From Gemmatimonadaceae bacterium (GTDB lineage Bacteria > Gemmatimonadota > Gemmatimonadetes > Gemmatimonadales > Gemmatimonadaceae), in assembly GCA_036560265.1 (NCBI GenBank), contig DATBRO010000268.1:8508-72507 (forward strand): a DNA stretch of 64,000 nucleotides. The letters are read 5' to 3'. A program made the translations under genes and the position numbers. Positions 62,390 through 64,000 of this stretch are shown in pieces (the stretch's first letter is position 1; each line of letters starts with the position of its first letter). Below the pieces are notes generated by a model. The model saw nothing but the letters and a program-made list of their open reading frames with translations, searched no databases and was not told the origin of the DNA.

Positions 62390-64000
62390 ATGCGCATTCG
62401 TCGTGTGGGTATCGTTGGCGCGGGAACGATGGGCGCGGGCATCGGCGCGCTGGCTGCGTCCGCCGGCGTTCCGGTCGTGCTGCTGGACATCCCAGCGAAG
62501 GACGGCGATGCCAACGCTCCCGCGAAGAAAGGGCTCGAGCGCCAACTGAAATCGCGTCCGCCCGCGTTCATGGATCCGGACCGCGCGGCGTTGATTCGCG
62601 TCGGCAACACGCGCGACGATCTAGCGTTGCTTGGCGATTGCGACTTGGTGATCGAAGCGATCATCGAACAGCTCGAGCCAAAACGCGAGCTGTATGCGCG
62701 GCTCGAATCGGTCATCAAGCCGGCCGCGATCGTGGCCTCGAACACGTCTGGCATTCCGATGAAGCACCTCGTCGAGGGCCGCAGCAGGGGCTTTCGCCAA
62801 CGATTTCTCGGGATGCACTTCTTCAATCCGCCCAGATACTTGCATCTGCTCGAGATCATCGCGGCGCCCGAGACGACTGACGCCACGCTCGATCGAGCAC
62901 GGCGTTTCAGCGAGCGAACGCTCGGTAAGGGGACGATTCGCGCGAAGGACGTACCTGGGTTCGTGGCGAATCGCCTCGGCGTATACGGAATGGTGCTCGC
63001 GCTGCGAATGATGGACGAATTCAAGCTGACGATCGACGAAGTGGACGCGCTCACCGGTCCGGTGTTGGGCCGCGCGAAGTCGGCGACGTTTCGCACCGCC
63101 GACCTCACGGGTCTGGACGTTCTCGATCACGTGGCGAAGGAGTTGACGCGCGCAACGGGCGAAGACTTCGAGCTTCCCGACTGGGTGAAGCAGATGATCT
63201 CGCGCGGACAGCTTGGAGAGAAAAGTGGCGCGGGTTTCTACAAGAAGGTGGGCAAGGAGATTCACACGCTCGACCGCAAAACGTTCGAGTACGCGTCGCA
63301 ACAGCGCGTGGACTCCAAGGAGCTTGGCGCGTTGTCGAAACTCTCCCTGCCCGACCGGCTGTCGCGCATTCGCGAGCTCGAAGGCACGTACGGCGAGTTC
63401 GCGCGCACGTATCTCTTGCGGCTGTCGCACTTCGTGTTAGAGCGCACGCCCGACGTCGCATACGACATTCCCAGCGTGGATCACGCGATGGAGTGGGGCT
63501 ACGCGTGGGAGGCGGGTCCGTTCGAGCAAATGGACATGCTGGGGCTGGATTTCCTCCGAGACGGCTTCAAGAAAGTGAAAGTCGCGGAACCGCAGCTGCT
63601 CCAAAAAGCAAAGAAGAGTTTTTACGCGGACGGCGGCGCGAGGGTTATGGCTTTCGATGGATCCATGACGCCCGTCGCTGAAATACCCGGGTCGATCGCG
63701 CTCGCCAGAGGACACGCGGAGAAGCGCATACTCGAAGAATCGAAGGACGCCAGCCTGCTCGATCTTGGCGACGGCGTGGCGTGTCTCGAATTCCACAGCA
63801 AGATGAACACCCTCGGCGCGGGCGTGCTCGCCGCCCTCCACGATGCGCTCGCGCGCGTCGAGCGGGACGGTCTCGTCGGGCTCGTGATCGGCAACGATGA
63901 TCCCCGCACGTTCACCGCGGGCGCCGATCTCACGAGCGTGAGCGCGTTGGTCCAGGCTGGCGACTGGAAACAGCTCGATGCCGCGGTGTCCGCGTTCCAG
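62390..64000 (+). CDS. 3-hydroxyacyl-CoA dehydrogenase / enoyl-CoA hydratase fusion (FadN type), 3' end outside window
   Basis: Own translation from the ATG at 62390: MRIRRVGIVGAGTMGAGIGALAASAGVPVVLLDI... (Rossmann), ASNTSGIPM, GMHFFNPPRYLHLLEII, KDVPGFVANRL. Crotonase-like LEFHSKMNTLGAGV follows late in the fragment. The frame stays open to 64000, and the ORF is absent from the track because no stop lies in the window. Confidence 0.85.
   Translation, partial: MRIRRVGIVGAGTMGAGIGALAASAGVPVVLLDIPAKDGDANAPAKKGLERQLKSRPPAFMDPDRAALIRVGNTRDDLALLGDCDLVIEAIIEQLEPKRELYARLESVIKPAAIVASNTSGIPMKHLVEGRSRGFRQRFLGMHFFNPPRYLHLLEIIAAPETTDATLDRARRFSERTLGKGTIRAKDVPGFVANRLGVYGMVLALRMMDEFKLTIDEVDALTGPVLGRAKSATFRTADLTGLDVLDHVAKELTRATGEDFELPDWVKQMISRGQLGEKSGAGFYKKVGKEIHTLDRKTFEYASQQRVDSKELGALSKLSLPDRLSRIRELEGTYGEFARTYLLRLSHFVLERTPDVAYDIPSVDHAMEWGYAWEAGPFEQMDMLGLDFLRDGFKKVKVAEPQLLQKAKKSFYADGGARVMAFDGSMTPVAEIPGSIALARGHAEKRILEESKDASLLDLGDGVACLEFHSKMNTLGAGVLAALHDALARVERDGLVGLVIGNDDPRTFTAGADLTSVSALVQAGDWKQLDAAVSAFQ

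Noticed and set aside
1-64000. tRNA, rRNA, transposase/integrase genes, prophage or defence-island content.
   Set aside because: No intergenic gap is long enough, or shows T-loop (GGTTCGAAT-like) or cloverleaf features. No ORF shows DDE/tyrosine-recombinase, Cas, restriction-modification or toxin-antitoxin motifs that I can recognise. This is a by-eye assessment only, and tRNAscan-SE, Infernal and defence-system HMMs should be run.

Overview
This is a GC-rich, very gene-dense chromosomal segment. I support about 60 protein-coding genes and see no rRNA, tRNA, CRISPR array, transposase or integrase by eye. All function calls rest on motifs I recognise in the supplied translations; no database or HMM search was possible.

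The ORF-track coordinates include the stop codon, and the track writes GTG/TTG starts as M. Where an in-frame ATG/GTG with a Shine-Dalgarno sequence, a stop/start overlap or a signal peptide fits better, I trimmed the N-terminal extension. Most of the long Arg/His/Asp-rich ORFs in the track are antisense or frame-shifted shadows of real genes, as expected in high-GC DNA.

Content from left to right:
- gyrA 3' end and an Nramp transporter.
- Two GGDEF cyclases flanking a threonine dehydratase, followed by a zinc-ribbon Ser/Thr kinase.
- PQQ sugar dehydrogenase, saccharopine dehydrogenase and PBP4.
- A caa3-type cytochrome oxidase operon (ctaC-D-E, subunit IV, ctaG).
- A CAP-like-domain::aspartase fusion coupled to a NAPRT-like gene, divergent from a Tat-exported glycosylasparaginase.
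- RCK channel, class V aminotransferase, leuS, an erythrin-VIT1 iron transporter, a hybrid histidine kinase, kup, and a divergent PadR/CsbD pair.
- A lipoprotein-TPR-bEBP operon with a sigma-54 promoter.
- An ECF sigma / anti-sigma / Spy-CpxP-like string continuing into TolC-MFP-MacB-type permease genes.
- polX-nth, and a peptidase-rich stretch (M28-PDZ, M42, M61-PDZ, alpha/beta hydrolase, CBM9/DUF5916).
- The 5' part of a fadN-type 3-hydroxyacyl-CoA dehydrogenase/enoyl-CoA hydratase running off the right edge. It is absent from the ORF track because it has no stop in the window.

The observations most worth a second look:
1. The sigma-54 promoter -> lipoprotein -> TPR -> sensor-less bEBP module.
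2. The CAP-like::aspartase fusion.
3. The ECF-linked efflux string that lacks an ATPase gene.
4. A family of heptamer tandem-repeat and hairpin elements that place TAG stops in all frames in intergenic spacers.

The lineage guess (Gemmatimonadota/Acidobacteriota-like soil bacterium) is inference from composition and gene content only.
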